Assembly: GCF_902652985.1 (NCBI RefSeq)
Contig: NC_047025.1
Span: forward strand, 31,372,001 to 31,436,000
DNA length: 64,000 bases
Source of the DNA: Pecten maximus
Taxonomy: Eukaryota
Reading direction: 5' to 3'
The notes below the pieces were generated by a model that ran no database searches, was not told the DNA's origin, and saw only the letters and a program-made list of their open reading frames with translations. Below, in pieces: positions 40,301-53,490 of the stretch. Each line of letters begins with the position of its first letter. The stretch's first letter is position 1. The position numbers were made by a program, and so were the translations under genes.

Positions 40301-43300
40301 AGCAAGTTAATATAACCAAGAAAGCAGCTATGTACATGTAGGATATGATGTTAAACTTATTTGTGTACTGGAATATTAAATATTTGATTCACATCAATGT
40401 CATCAATTAACTTTGAAAGTCACGTGAATAAAGTCTTTCAATATGATTTATTGACTTTATCAGGTGAATACAGGTGTTTAAACATTGTCACATATTCTCA
40501 TATAATGTTCCTTTTTGTTCAGAAAATCAACAGAAGATGACCTGGATGACATTTTGAATGATATAACAGTGGATCCAGATTTTAAACCAATTGTAAGTAA
40601 AATATCTACATGTCAATTCATAAAGAAACATCAGCCTTGAACCCCTTTTCGTCCTATCACTTTTCACTTTATTTTTTCTTGATACTAACTTTATGTATAC
40701 ATATATACTGGTAAATATAAATGTAAACAATTATCTCATGATAAGACAACTTCATCCATATATCATCAATTATATTATGTCAGTATAATATGTCCATGCC
40801 AACTTATATAGAATATAACCTCTGTCAGTATAATATGTCCATGCCAACTTATATAGAATATAACCTCTGTCAGTATATGTCCATGCCAACTTATATAGAA
40901 TATAACCTCTGTCAGTATAATATGTCCATGCCATGTGGTGCAGGTAGACGAAACTTTTGTTCTAACAGCTAATGTTTAAGCCTTGGTAACTGTGGAATTA
41001 TTACTGGTAATTTAACATGACTGGAAATTAAGGAACTCATTTACACAGTATCAGATATGATCATTTCACTGTTATACTCCTATTTAAATTGTTTTTCAGA
41101 AATCCAGTGATGTAAAGTCAAGCAATCAAACTGTAATACGTCCAGAATCTGCCCGCAGGTAAGTCAACCAATTCTGTATTACAGACCATTACGTCCAACC
41201 CTTAATCCTTATTCAGTTAAATGTGTGTTAGATTATTTATGTCATTGAATTAGTAAGGGCACATTTAACATGATCTGTTATGATTCATAGATTAACAGAC
41301 TTTATAATTAGGAGTCATTGCTTAGACAATTCCTTTTCAGGGGAGGTAATTACATGAATTATCAGGTATTACAGGTATATTATAACATTGTGTTTTACAG
41401 GTGTTTCCCGTTATATTTAGGAGGTTCTGCTAGCTCTCTAGGAATGGCCAATTCTCTAACCCCAAGGTAAGAAGGGAACGAAAGTGATACATATATCATG
41501 GTAGTAGAGGTTAACTACTTTTATATGCTTTACAGAGGATATTGAATGATTTCCTGTTGAATATAGCATATATTTCACAGGTATGACTGTATACATATAT
41601 AGATGTACCAATATCTTTCACTCATGTTCATCACAGTGATAATATATTATTCATATATCATCACTGATAAAATAAGTGTGGATGAAGTTTTAATCAAGTA
41701 TGAATTTCATCTGTAATAATGTAATAAACATTTATATTCCATTTATGGTATGTAATAACCTAATAAAAATAAGAGCACTAGACCGCTGGCAAATTTAGAA
41801 AATATCTTATCAGCTAAATATACATTTCATTGTTAAAGTAGATCATGAGAAAAACACTACTAGACCTGTGAATAGAACGAGAGACATCATTGTACACCCC
41901 ACACCTGTGCATGTGCACCTTTCATTATGTCATGTCAGCCCTGTACTGTTGGATAGATCTGAAAAGGTGTGTCTCCTGACTTTGACTAAAATAATATCTC
42001 CAGGACTATGGATCACTAGTCTCTGAACAGGATGTGCAGGCTACACTCTGTGGTTTTTATCATAATTCATAGCTTTATCACAAGGGGTTGAGTCATGATT
42101 TGAAACAAAGAAAAAGTGCCAAAGTCATGGCTATCCAAAAGGGGAATGCTGTACTACATATGATTTGATCTTGTTTTACTTACAACAATTTCTTCTGTGT
42201 CTTCCATATGTAGGAAAGGGCCTGTTTCCAGTAATGTTAATTCTCCATAGGAGCCTGCCCCCGTATAATTTCTTATCTAGCTCAACTACAATGTTTTTCT
42301 TTTCCGAAGAATAATTTTACACCTTTCCGACACCCAGATTTCATAATGTCAGTGAAAATGTATTTTTATAAAGTTGTCATTTTGAGCATCAAAGACATAA
42401 GGTCGTAAATAAAAGAAGGTTATCTCGAAATTGTAATTCGCAACATAGTATAAATTTCTTTTGATAAATATTTCCAAAACATCCAACAGGAAATTTGAAT
42501 CAGAGAAGGGGCCATTTTGGAAACAGGCCTTTACATGCAAAGACCCAATAAATCTACATAAACTACTGGGTTCTTTCTTTCCTGTCAAGTCTTTCTTTCT
42601 GTGTTTTGTTTTCATGTGTTGTTCTCACCTTAACATCCATCCTCATATGACTGACCCTGACTGTTGGTGTCACCTTGACATCCATTCCTCATTTGACCCA
42701 GACTGTTGGTGTTTCTTTGCCTTCATCCTCATCTGACCCTGGCTGTTGGTGTCATCTTGCCTTCATCCTCATGTGACCCTGACTGTTGGTGTCCCCTTGA
42801 TTTCTAATAACCTATCCTCATTTGACCCTGGCTGTTGGTGTGCCCGTGACACCCATCCTCATATGACTCTGGCTGTTGGTGTCACCTTGATATCCATTCC
42901 TCATTTGACCCTAACTGTTGCAAAAACTTCAAAATTTATAAAAATTCATGATATAAGCGCAATATATGCAAAATATAATTTATGAAAACTTCTTTCTTTT
43001 TGTAGGTCCTGTGATCAGATGAGATGTACATCGTGTGATTTTAAAGTTGCCATTTTTGACAGTTTTGAATGGGATGCATCAACAGATTATCTATTTCTCA
43101 GGAATAATTGCCCAGACTTCCAAAGATTAAAATCGAAATTGCGTTCAAAACGAGGTAAGTGTTCACTGTCTGCTAAAATCTCATATATAACCCAATCATA
43201 GCTACAAGCATTCAGTTTATAATTTCCTTAACTACATATTACAAGTTATTACCTAATTTCAAGTTCTTTTAATATACAGTAAACTCTACAGCATAATTGC

Positions 43301-43895
43301 ATGTTGCAGTCATACAAGGATACCACTTAGAGTGATGTCCCTTTACTACACGGAACAGGCCCATGTTCTGTATGCTGTAACCATCATAGGTATTAGTTCT
43401 TATCAGAGTGATGTCCCCTTACTAATAGGATAGGACCCTTGTTCTAGTATATGCTGTAAACATGTTGGGTATGACCTGTTACCAGACAGAGTTATGTGCC
43501 TTTAACTGCCAAAATCCTACCCAATTCTATAGGCAGCATCAGCACTCTACACTCCAGTTTATTGATTTAGGCGTGGTATTACTCAGATATTTCTTATATT
43601 CCTACAAGGTATTCAGTTTCTTCATCGGTTTATTAAACAGCTGGTATGATATCATAGCAGTACAAAAAATATATTTATGTATGTGTAAATAAATTTTAAT
43701 TCATAAAAAAGTGCAGCTTTACTAGAGTGATGATAGTTGACTAAAGAACATAAAAGATAATTTGAACCCATTCTAAAGATGACTTGTTTCATTTCAGGTT
43801 GCCGGGCCTATTGCTGCCAGTGTTGTCATCGTTCTGTTTCCACTCTAGAAAAACTGACAGATTCTGCTCTTAAGTGGGTGTGTGGGAAACATTGA
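37391..43895 (+). CDS. CFAP418: Cilia- and flagella-associated protein 418 (C8orf37 orthologue); 177 aa, 6 exons
   Basis: Exons 37391-37482, 40523-40592, 41100-41158, 41401-41466, 43006-43154 and 43798-43895 total 534 nt and are phase-consistent. N-terminus MADDLDDLLDEVETKYC; conserved CFPLYLGGS, CDQMRCTSCDFKV, DYLFLRNN, GCRAYCCQC; C-terminus LKWVCGKH. Confidence 0.95.
37897..38611 (+). mobile_element. Possible solo LTR containing a 55-bp tandem repeat
   Basis: TGTAAC...CGTACA termini, TATA-like CTATATAAG at ~38090, AATAAA at ~38550. No clear TSD or PBS seen. Confidence 0.4.
38121..38365. repeat. 55-bp tandem repeat, 4 full copies plus a partial copy
   Basis: AGTCAGA recurs at 38121, 38176, 38231, 38286 and 38341. 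Confidence 0.95.
38761..39156. mobile_element. ~400-bp MITE with a 5-bp TSD (hAT5-like), copy 2, inverted relative to 33275-33679
   Basis: CAGGTGTTTGACACTAAC ... GTTAGTGTCGTTCCCTG with TSD ACATG. The interior is the reverse complement of copy 1. Confidence 0.85.
40775..40935. repeat. ~45-bp tandem repeat (3 or more copies)
   Basis: TGTCAGTATAATATGTCCATGCCAACTTATATAGAATATAACCTC is repeated. Confidence 0.9.
42630..42920. repeat. Degenerate ~40-bp minisatellite
   Basis: CATCCTCATTTGACCCTGGCTGTTGGTGTCACCTTGA-like units, about 7 copies. Confidence 0.85.
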
Positions 43896-44605
43896 CAACA
43901 GCCTATATTTAGACATTTATGATCCATGCACATTTCAAATTGACACCCTTCCTCATCAGTCGCTTTAGGATTTCCTTCCTGTGAGACAGTAATTGCAGGA
44001 AAATGTGGGGTTTTTTTTTCACAATACACCATCACCTCTTGGAAATTAATTTACTGTTGCTGTGGTGGGATTTCATACACAATCTTTAGGCACTGACAGA
44101 ATGGATGATTCTTGTTTACTTATCTTGATGAAGGAATGTCATAACATTCTGGAAGCATCAGGAATTTCTGACAAACTGTTATTAACACAATAAGATTTCA
44201 AGTTTACACTTTGCAAAATGTTATATATATATATATACACTGTACATGTATATATATATATAAATAATACTGAGAAATTGAACTCTTTTATTTACACATC
44301 AACAAAAACCAAAACAGTATACACTAAGTACTGTATTTGTTTTAAATGAATGAACAGTGTTCACAGTAACCTTCTAGTAAGATTGTTGTAGAAAAGATTG
44401 AATTAATATGAAATTGTCTGAACAGTTTGTGAGGTGTAATGTTTGCTCTCATTCTTAGATACTTATTATTGACTTTGTGTGATGTCTGTGATGTTTTATA
44501 GAATCAAATTAAAGAATATGCTGTTTACATGACTATTTAAAGGGTTGTATGAAAAACAATGTTAATTATGTACATATCAAGTGAATTAAACTGAACTTAT
44601 TAATA

Positions 44606-47151
44606 TCATTCTCCTGTGTAATTACTGACAGACCCTGTGGTGTTAGGGGTGTGTAAACACCATTCTCGTGTGTAAACACTGACAGGCCCTGTGGTGTTAG
44701 GGGTGTGTAAACACAGACAGGCCTGTGGTGTTAGGGGTGTGTAAACACAGACAGGCCCTGTGGTGTTAGGGGTGTGTAAACACAGACAGGCCCTGTGGTG
44801 TTAGGGTGTATACACACCATTCTCCTGTGTAAACACTGGCAGGCCATGTGGTGTTAGGGGTGTGTAAACACCATTCTCGTGTGTAAACACAGACAGGCCC
44901 TGTGGTGTTAGGGGTGTGTGAACACAGACAGGCCCTGTGGTGTTAGGGGTGTGTAAACACAGACAGACACTGTGGCGTTAGGGGTGTGTAAAAACAGATA
45001 GGCCCTGTGTTGTTAGGGGTGTGTAAACACAGACAGGCCATGTGGTGTTAGGGGTGTGTAAACACAGACAGGCCCTGTGGTGTTAGGGGTGTGTAAACAC
45101 AGACAGGCCCTGTGGTGTGAGGGGCGTGTACACACCATTCTCCTATGTAAACACTGACAGGGTGTTAGGTGTGTGTAAACGCAGACAGGCCCTGTGGTGT
45201 TAGGGGTGTGTAAACACAACCAGGCCCTGTGGTGTTAGGGGTGTGTGAACACAGACAGGCCCTGTGGTGTTAGGGGTGTGTACATACCATTCTACTGTGT
45301 AAACACTGACAGGCCCTGTGGTGTTAGAGGCGTGTAAACACAGACAGACCCCGTGGTGTGAGGGGTGTGTACATACCATTCTCCTGTGTAAACACAGACA
45401 GGCCCTGTGGTGTTAGGGGTGTGTAAACACAGACAGGCCCTGTGGTGTGAGGGGCGTGTACACACCATTCTCCTATGTAAACACTGACAGGGTGTTAGGG
45501 GTGTGTAAACGCAGACAGGCCCTGTGGTGTTAGGGGTGTGTAAACACAACCAGGCCCTGTGGTGTTAGGGGTGTGTGAACACAGACAGGCCCTGTGGTGT
45601 TAGGGGTGTGTACATACCATTCTACTGTGTAAACACTGACAGGCCCTGTGGTGTTAGAGGCGTGTAAACACAGACAGACCCCGTGGTGTGAGGGGTGTGT
45701 ACATACCATTCTCCTGTGTAAACACTGACAGGCCCTGTGGTGTTAGAGGTTTGTAAACATTGACAGGCCCTCAAAATAGGGTGTATACACACCATTCTCC
45801 TGTGTAAACACAGACCCTGTGGTGTTAGGGATGTGTAAACACAGACAGGCCCCGTGGTGTTAGGGGTGTGTAAACACAGACAGGCCCCGTGGTGTTAGAG
45901 GTTTGTAAATACAGACAGACCATGTGGTGTTAGGGGTGTGTAAACACAGACAGGCCCTGTGGTGTGAGGGGCGTGTACACACCATTCTCCTATGTAAACA
46001 CTGACAGGGTGTTAGGGGTGTGTAAACGCAGACAGGCCCTGTGGTGTTAGGGGTGTGTAAACACAACCAGGCCCTGTGGTGTTAGGGGTGTGTGAACACA
46101 GACAGGCCCTGTGGTGTTAGGGGTGTGTACATACCATTCTACTGTGTAAACACTGACAGGCCCTGTGGTGTTAGAGGCGTGTAAACACAGACAGACCCCG
46201 TGGTGTGAGGGGTGTGTACATACCATTCTCCTGTGTAAACACTGACAGGCCCTGTGGTGTTAGAGGTTTGTAAACATTGACAGGCCCTCAAAATAGGGTG
46301 TATACACACCATTCTCCTGTGTAAACACAGACCCTGTGGTGTTAGGGATGTGTAAACACAGACAGGCCCCGTGGTGTTAGGGGTGTGTAAACACAGACAG
46401 GCCCCGTGGTGTTAGAGGTTTGTAAATACAGACAGACCATGTGGTGTTAGGGGTGTGTAAACACCGACAGACACTGTGGTGTTAGAGGTGTGTAAACACA
46501 GACAGACACTGTGGTGTTAGAGGTTTGTAAACACAGACAGGCCCTGTGGTGTTAGGGGTGTGTAAACACAGACAGGCCCCGTGGTGTTAGAGGTTTGTAC
46601 ACACAGACATACCTTGTGGTGTTAGGGGTGTGTAAACACAGACAGGCCCTGTGGTATTACAAAACTAGAGGTTTGTACACACAGACAGGCCCTGTGGTGT
46701 TAGGGGTGTGTAAACACAGACTGGTCCTGTGGTGTTAGGGGTGTGTAAATACAGACAGGCCCCGTGGTGTTAGGGGTGTGTAAACACTGACAGACCCTGT
46801 GGTGTTAGGGGTGTGTAAACACTGACAGGCCATGTGGTGTTACAAAACTAGAGGTTTGTACACACAGACAGGCCCTGTGGTGTTAGAGGTTTGTACACAC
46901 AGACAGGCCCTGTGGTGTTAGGGGTGTGTAAACACAGACAGGCCCCGTGGTGTTAGAGGTTTGTACACACGGACAGACCCTGTGGTGTTAGGGGTGTGTA
47001 AACACTGACAGGCCCTGTGGTGTTAGGGGTGTGTAAACACAGACAGGCCCTGTTGTTACAAAACTAGAGGTTTGTACACACAGAAAGGCCCTGTGGTGTT
47101 AGGGGTGTGTAAACACAGACTGGTCCTGTGGTGTTAGGGGTGTGTAAACAC
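44606..47151. repeat. ~35-bp GT-rich minisatellite (2.5 kb) with higher-order duplications
   Basis: Unit ACACAGACAGGCCCTGTGGTGTTAGGGGTGTGTAA. Larger blocks recur at ~45060, ~45400 and ~45920. Confidence 0.95.
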
Positions 47152-47169
47152 GCTCTCTATAGAAAATTC

Positions 47170-48470
47170 CTGTTAACACCAACAGTTACTGGCCCAGTAA
47201 CTAAGTCCGACTTTAGATAAACACAATGGAGAGACACATTAACAGAACCTAACAATACACCATGAAGCAAACCACTAACAACACTAGAAGTCTTCTCGGA
47301 CAAAGGCACTGATGAGAATGAGAAGCTCCAGTATCAAGTAAAATCTTCACGGGTTTCAAGATGGCTTGATCACCGACAAGTGAAACAAAACCTTCAGAAA
47401 TGAAGGGAGAGTACTTCTCCAATACACTATCAGACTACCTCAATAGACAGTCACTTGGAATCTTCCTTAATATCAATAAGTGTCTGACTAGGCTTTGACA
47501 TAGCAAAGAAGGATCTGACTGTTTTTGCCATTGCTCCTTGCTCTGGAGGAAATTACAGTCAGACATAGCATGTGTCCTACTTTTCTGCAGTAATTATAAA
47601 CAGGACCAGAAGGAGACCTTCGATCTGGTTTGGAATCAGACCTAGCCTATACTTTAGGTATATCATTAGAAGAGCACAAACTGCTTGGTCCCTAGGCTGA
47701 ATAACACCAGTACCTTTGGTACTGTTTTTCTCTTAAGAACTGGTTTTAATCAATGGTCCTTTGTGGTTGAGAGCGTAGTCATCAGCCATTACAACCGCTT
47801 CATTCAGTGATTCAGCCTTTCTCTCATCTAAATGAGTTTTGATATTTCCATAGATACGACGTTTGAATTCTATTAACAATAACTGCCCAAGTTTGTCAAA
47901 ATCCTTGTCAATTTCTTAAGAAATACACCACCTATTGAGCAATTGTTCTTTCTCTCGAGCAAATTCTAAATAAGTTTGTTCTTTTTTATTTTTTGGAATT
48001 TTGAAATTTCTTGCGATAAGCCCCAGGTACAAAATCATAAGCATTTAGAATAGCTTTCTTTACTACCTGATAGTCTGCAATGTCTGACAAAGAAGAATAG
48101 ATATATTTGGCCTCACCTATCAAAACGCTTTGTAGTAACATTGTTGGTTTATCTTCGTGCCATTTCATAATGTCAGCAATTTTCTCAAACTGTATGTTAA
48201 TCTACCTTCAGAGGTTAGCACTTACGGACTGACTATTTCTTCTATACTATCTAATACATTAGAGTCAAGTTTCTCATTTTCATGAAAGTGTCTTATAACC
48301 AAATTTCTAATTTTAACTTTTCTCATTTATCTTTTTACAGTTAGTCCTAAATGTTTTCCTTACAGCAATAAATCGCTCCTGCTAGCTTTCCTAAGAACAT
48401 CCCAGGAAGGCGCTTTAAACAAAGTCCTCTACCCTTATACTTGCATCCATAACCACTTAGCTGTTTGTTT
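47170..48470 (-). mobile_element. Degenerate Gypsy (Gmr1-like) LTR retrotransposon gag-protease relic
   Basis: LLQSVLIGEAKYIYSSLS...YQVVKKAILNAYDFVPGAYRKKF (gag/SCAN-like), a zinc-knuckle remnant YNYCRKVGH at ~47570-47600, and the protease motif ILLDTGASHS at ~47315-47350. Many stops and frameshifts. Confidence 0.8.
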
Positions 48471-50149
48471 TAAAGTATGAGTAATTTTTTAAGTAAATTT
48501 GACAAATAAACTTTATGTTAATATTTCAATTTTTTCCATTTTGATTTTAAGGTTCATATGATTAGCAAATCAAGTGATATCTTATAAGTATATAAATCAC
48601 TACTCTGGTGCAAGTGAACAGAAGTAACTTGACTCTGCAAAACAAGCATAAATGTAAGTTTCAGGAGAACAGTTCTGTAAGGGCTGTCTCCCTTGATCAC
48701 TAGTATTTATAACATACTGAACTCCTGTTGGACACGTAGTAGTATTTGGAACTCCGTCTCTGCTAGATACCTCCTCGAAACAATTTGTACTTCTTGATAT
48801 GATGCTATAAATAATGTTTATTATCGTTCTACAGAGGAATATGGTATATAAGTTTTGTGCAGTTTTCGTTTGGAAGTGATGTTTTTATTGCCTATATAAT
48901 CATATTATATGCTTAATGTATATACAACGTATGCTGTTATTTTTGTATACCTGTCCTGGTACTCGTCCAACCGGTTTGTCTTGTTCAAGTGTGTTTTAAC
49001 TGTGTTACCTGTATTATGTGATGTCCTTGTCACGTGATTGCATGTTCGAACGTGTACCTGTGCGTACCCCGCACCGTCACTCACGCACTGGACAGCGAAC
49101 GATACAGAACTCTAGTAGGGTATATTTTGATTATGAAAGTTACGACAGTTCTGAAACAGGACTTGTTGAAAAATGTGTGTCTGGAATGTTATTAGTTTTT
49201 GGGTTTATTTAATTGTACTTTACCTTTATTCAAAGTAACCTCCATGGAAGAGCATTTGCTTGATTTTTTAATAAGTTAAAATTCTTTAATTTGGTAAACA
49301 TATTTTTGGGCGTGGTTCCCGTTTTGCTATACGTAAACTGTTTCATTTTAAAAGTCATTTGTTAAATATCATATTTAATTTTGTTGTTTTATTTTCAACA
49401 GAACCATAATATGTAAGCAGAAAAATCAATGTGTTGCTGCATGTGTCTAAAGACCCCTGTCAGAGTGGTAGTATTGTATTGTATTTAATACTCAGGTTAT
49501 TTTTTTCATTCTAAATTATTTATTCATTGTAGTTGTTTTTTATTGACTAATTCTGTAATATATAATATTCACTGATTTATAATGTAATTATAATGTAATC
49601 AAGTTCGTAATGTTATTTGTAACCGTTACGGGTGGTACATATCGTGTAAGTCAGTATATGCCCAGTGTGTAATGTATAATGTCCATCTTTTATCATGTAC
49701 CGTAGTGTTTATATGCTTTTTTGTGTTATTACAGAGTCTTCTTCTGTTGTTTCCGATAAATAAGATAAGATAGGATAAATAATCGTATCTTTTTGATATT
49801 GTGTGTAGCACTGAACCGGCTATATCAGCATTACATAAGTAAACATAACTGTATATTCGTTTAAAAAAACCATCTTAATTTTATAACAATAAACCTAAAT
49901 ACATGTTCAATTCAATGTGAAACAATGCTTATTCAAATGTAAGCGGACTTTAATTATAAAGTCTATTTATAGTACAACACTATATCGCACAGGAAGTGTC
50001 CGGGACTACCATTCCATTTGTTTACACATGAACCAGGAAGATATAGGTATAATTGATTAATTGCCAACACAAGACACAGACGAGGATTTCAAGGTTTCGA
50101 CGTTTATGTGATCAGAACAAACACGGCTATAAACTACTTATGTGAGTAT

Positions 50150-50530
50150 AACTATGATGCGGGATAGTCAACACTAAAATCACTACCTCAGGTAAGCTAT
50201 CTATCCTTTTCAATATTGTAGCTTGCCGACAGGACTTCAGGGGCATAATTCATACTTCTCCTCAGGTAAGTAACCTATACTTGTACATATAGTAGCTAAC
50301 CGACAGAACACGAGAAGCTCCTTACATACCCAACCTCAGGTAAGAAACCCATCTTTGTCAATGTAGTAGCTAGCCGACAGCACGTGAGGGGCATCATACA
50401 TACCCCTCCTCAGGTAAGAAACCCATCTTTGTCAATGTAGTAGCTAGCCGACAGCAATCGAGGGGCATCATACATACCCCTCCTCAGGTAAGTAGCCGTT
50501 GCTTGTCAATAACAGCACTTGAGGGGCATA
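50150..50530 (+). repeat. 74-bp tandem repeat, 5 copies, each with a consensus 5' splice site
   Basis: CCTCAG|GTAAG with the GT at 50192, 50266, 50340, 50414 and 50488. Confidence 0.9.
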
Positions 50531-51012
50531 ATATATATATGGAACAGGAAAAAAACAGAAAGTTGTATCACATATAACGAACGTGAGGTAACGCAGAAAT
50601 AATTATCAGTGTGAAAATATACTGTCAGTATAGTAAACAAGGGTATGATTCTCAGCATAGCCATATATAGCTATATACTGTCACACCAATATCTTCAGAC
50701 GAGCATACTTATCGGTGCAAATGGCTGTTAGATAACGCTACGTTTCAGTAAAATCAATCTTATATCGATTAAATTATTTCCCTACCGTCATGATTTGAAG
50801 GTGAGCATTACTATTACGGTATATTCGCCCCATACTTCAGTCAATATTTATTTATAGTTATATATTATACAGAAAAATGGGAAAGTCAACAAAGCGCGGG
50901 AATACGTAACATCTTACATCGGATTTGACCTAGATTTGCAATGGTGTCGTCGATGAAGTCGATGACTCTTACTAGTAACACCTCACCTTATCCTTCTTCT
51001 TGTTGTTTTTTT

Positions 51013-51478
51013 AATCACTGAATCACTGACGAGTCCTTGAATCATTGACGAGTCCAGGAATCACTGACGAGTCCCGGAATCACTGACGAGTCCTGGAATC
51101 ACTGACGAGTCCTAGAATTACTGACGAGTCCTTTAATCACCAACTAGTCCTTGAATCACTGACTAGTCCTTGAATCACTGACGAGTCCTAGAATTACTGA
51201 CGAGTCCTAGAATCACTAACTAGTCCTTGAATCACTGACTAGTCCTTGAATCACTGACGAGTCCTAGAATTACTGACGAGTCCTAGAATCACTAACTAGT
51301 CCTTGAATCACTGACTAGTCCTTGAATCACTGACGAGTACTGGGATCACTGAATTACTGACAAGCCCTTGAATCACTGACTAGTCCTTGAATCACTGACT
51401 AGTCCTTGGATCACTGAATAGTCCTTGAATCACTGACGAGTACTGGGATCACTGAATCACTGACGAGTCCTGGAATGG
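51013..51478. repeat. 19-bp minisatellite (GAATCACTGACGAGTCCTT-like), about 24 copies
   Basis: The periodicity is directly visible. The unit contains CTGACGAGTCC. Confidence 0.92.
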
Positions 51479-51630
51479 TGAAAAAGCTATTTGATGCCGA
51501 TGAAAGTGTTAGTCACAAATGTATCTTTTGCACCCTCCATTGTTCTTTTCAATATGACATCAATAATTGATTTTAGTTCTTCAATGTGACTTGTTAAAGA
51601 GTTGTGATAAAATTCCTATGAAACTTGTCA

Positions 51631-52464
51631 TTTTATTAGCTCACCGGTTACGAGTAACCGTGAGCTAATGCTGTCACCCCGGCGTCCGCGTCGGCGTCGG
51701 TGTCGGCGTCGGCGTCCCACTTTAAAGTTTTTGGGATAAGTTTTTGGAAAGCTTCTAAGTCCAAAAGTATACACCTCACACCCTTCTAATATGGTTTATA
51801 CATTCATTAGAGGTCTAGGAGTAATGTTATGACAACATCATGCAGAACAAAATTGTGATTTTTTTCGCATTTTACCATTTTGTGAACTTAACTTTTTTAG
51901 CACCAAAATCCACTTTAAAGTTTTTGGGATCAGTTTTTGGAAAGCTTCCAAGTCCAAAAGTATACACCCCACTATACACCCATTAGAGGTCTAGGAGTAA
52001 TGTTATGGCAAAGTCATGCAGAAAAAAATTGTGATTTTGTCGCATTTTACCATTTTGTGAACTTAACTTTTTTAGCACCAAAATCCACTTTCAAGTTTTT
52101 GGGGTAAGTCCAAAATTATGCTCTCACAACCTTCTAATTTGCTTAATGCATTCATTAGATGTCCAGGAGTGATGTTATGGCAAAATCATGCAAAAAATAT
52201 CGTGATTTTTTTTGGGGCATTTTGCCATTTAGTGGACTTATTTTTTTTGGCACAAAACCCTCTTTAAAGCTTTTTGGGGTAAGTTTTGGAAAGCTTGTAA
52301 GTCCACACCCTTCTTATTTGGTTTATACATCCATTAGAGGTCTAGGAGCGATATTATGTGACGTACAATTTCAAAATTATATGCTTATACATACATAAAA
52401 AATGAATGCATAGTGTGATTGCTGCCGCCGGTGAGCTTTCGCAATCATTGATTGCACCTGTTTT
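51631..52464 (+). mobile_element. HINE-like element with ~175-190-bp internal repeats
   Basis: TTTTATTAGCTCACCGGTTACGAGTAACCGTGAGCTAAT, then a (GGCGTC)n microsatellite, ending CCGGTGAGCTTTCGCAATCATTGATTGCACCTGTTTT (subTIR + hairpin). Confidence 0.85.
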
Positions 52465-53019
52465 AGATATGTGATGAACGGACAGTGTTCATGAAAATAT
52501 GGAATGTACTGTGGTTTAGTAACGATGTTTTGATGCTGTTTCAAGGAAACGCCAAGGATGCTTCTTGAAACCAACGAGATGTTTTTTTCTTGTAGCGTCA
52601 GTAATGGTGTTTACTTATCTAAACTGCATTAACGTTTTGTGTACATTTTTGTTTTGAACATTGTTTTGATCTATGTCTATCCCAGGTTTATTCATCAATT
52701 GGTTCAAAGTATATTTCACGTTCAGAAAACACCAACATACAACGTAAAAGTTACTCTCTCTAAAAATTGAGGACAAAAATACAAACAAAATATAGATTCG
52801 CTAAAGACCCTTGAAAAAGAACAAGTAGCATAAGACCAGGTGTCCCGAAAGGGAGCGTCTTCGGCTTCATCAATAACACCCGACTTGAATATCTTAAGTC
52901 AAATAAGTGTAGTCGCATCCTAAAAACGAAGACTGATGTGTTGACAACGGAACCACCATACATATGGTTAAAGAGTATATCGAGCACGTCTGACTTCATA
53001 CCGCACAAGAAAATATCAT

Positions 53020-53490
53020 ATTTCCAATTCATATCATGGTCTTCATCAAACCTGCAACTATAAACACCATGTGCTTTAAGTTTTTCCGTCAGTATTCAAG
53101 TGAATCTTGAAAAAAGATAACACGACAATGACTATATAATTTACAGGGGCATATAAGCACCGTAGAATTGGAAAAAATTAACGATTGGGAAATTGAAATA
53201 TTCATACTTATCATACATCTTAGTTTAAATGTTCACTGTTGATAACGTTGTAAGTAAAGATCCAGGTAAGCGGCAGATGTTGAAGGGCTTTTAACGTCCT
53301 TGATTTCAGGTTTAAATTCAGGGTATACCCGACCGACAAGGTCGATAAAGTTTTTGTAATTTAAAGATAACGCATCGTTAATATACCTATAGGTGAAATT
53401 GACAAACTTAGAAAGGTCTCTGTTACCAAGTAGGAAGGAGGAGCAGAAAATAAGCAATTGGGAAACTGAAATCATTACGTTTATCATACA
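53020..53490 (-). mobile_element. Penelope-like retroelement RT fragment
   Basis: FTYRYINDALSLN...VYPEFKPEIKD...SAAYLDLYL, followed by an FNFPIVNF-like segment. These resemble Penelope RT motifs YRYIDD and SYLDL. Confidence 0.8.

Noticed and set aside
44606-47151. Interstitial telomere
   Set aside because: TTAGGG occurs once per 35-bp unit, not as (TTAGGG)n.
51013-51478. CRISPR-like array (also considered for 38121-38365 and 50150-50530)
   Set aside because: Head-to-tail repeats without unique spacers, no cas genes, and a eukaryotic context.
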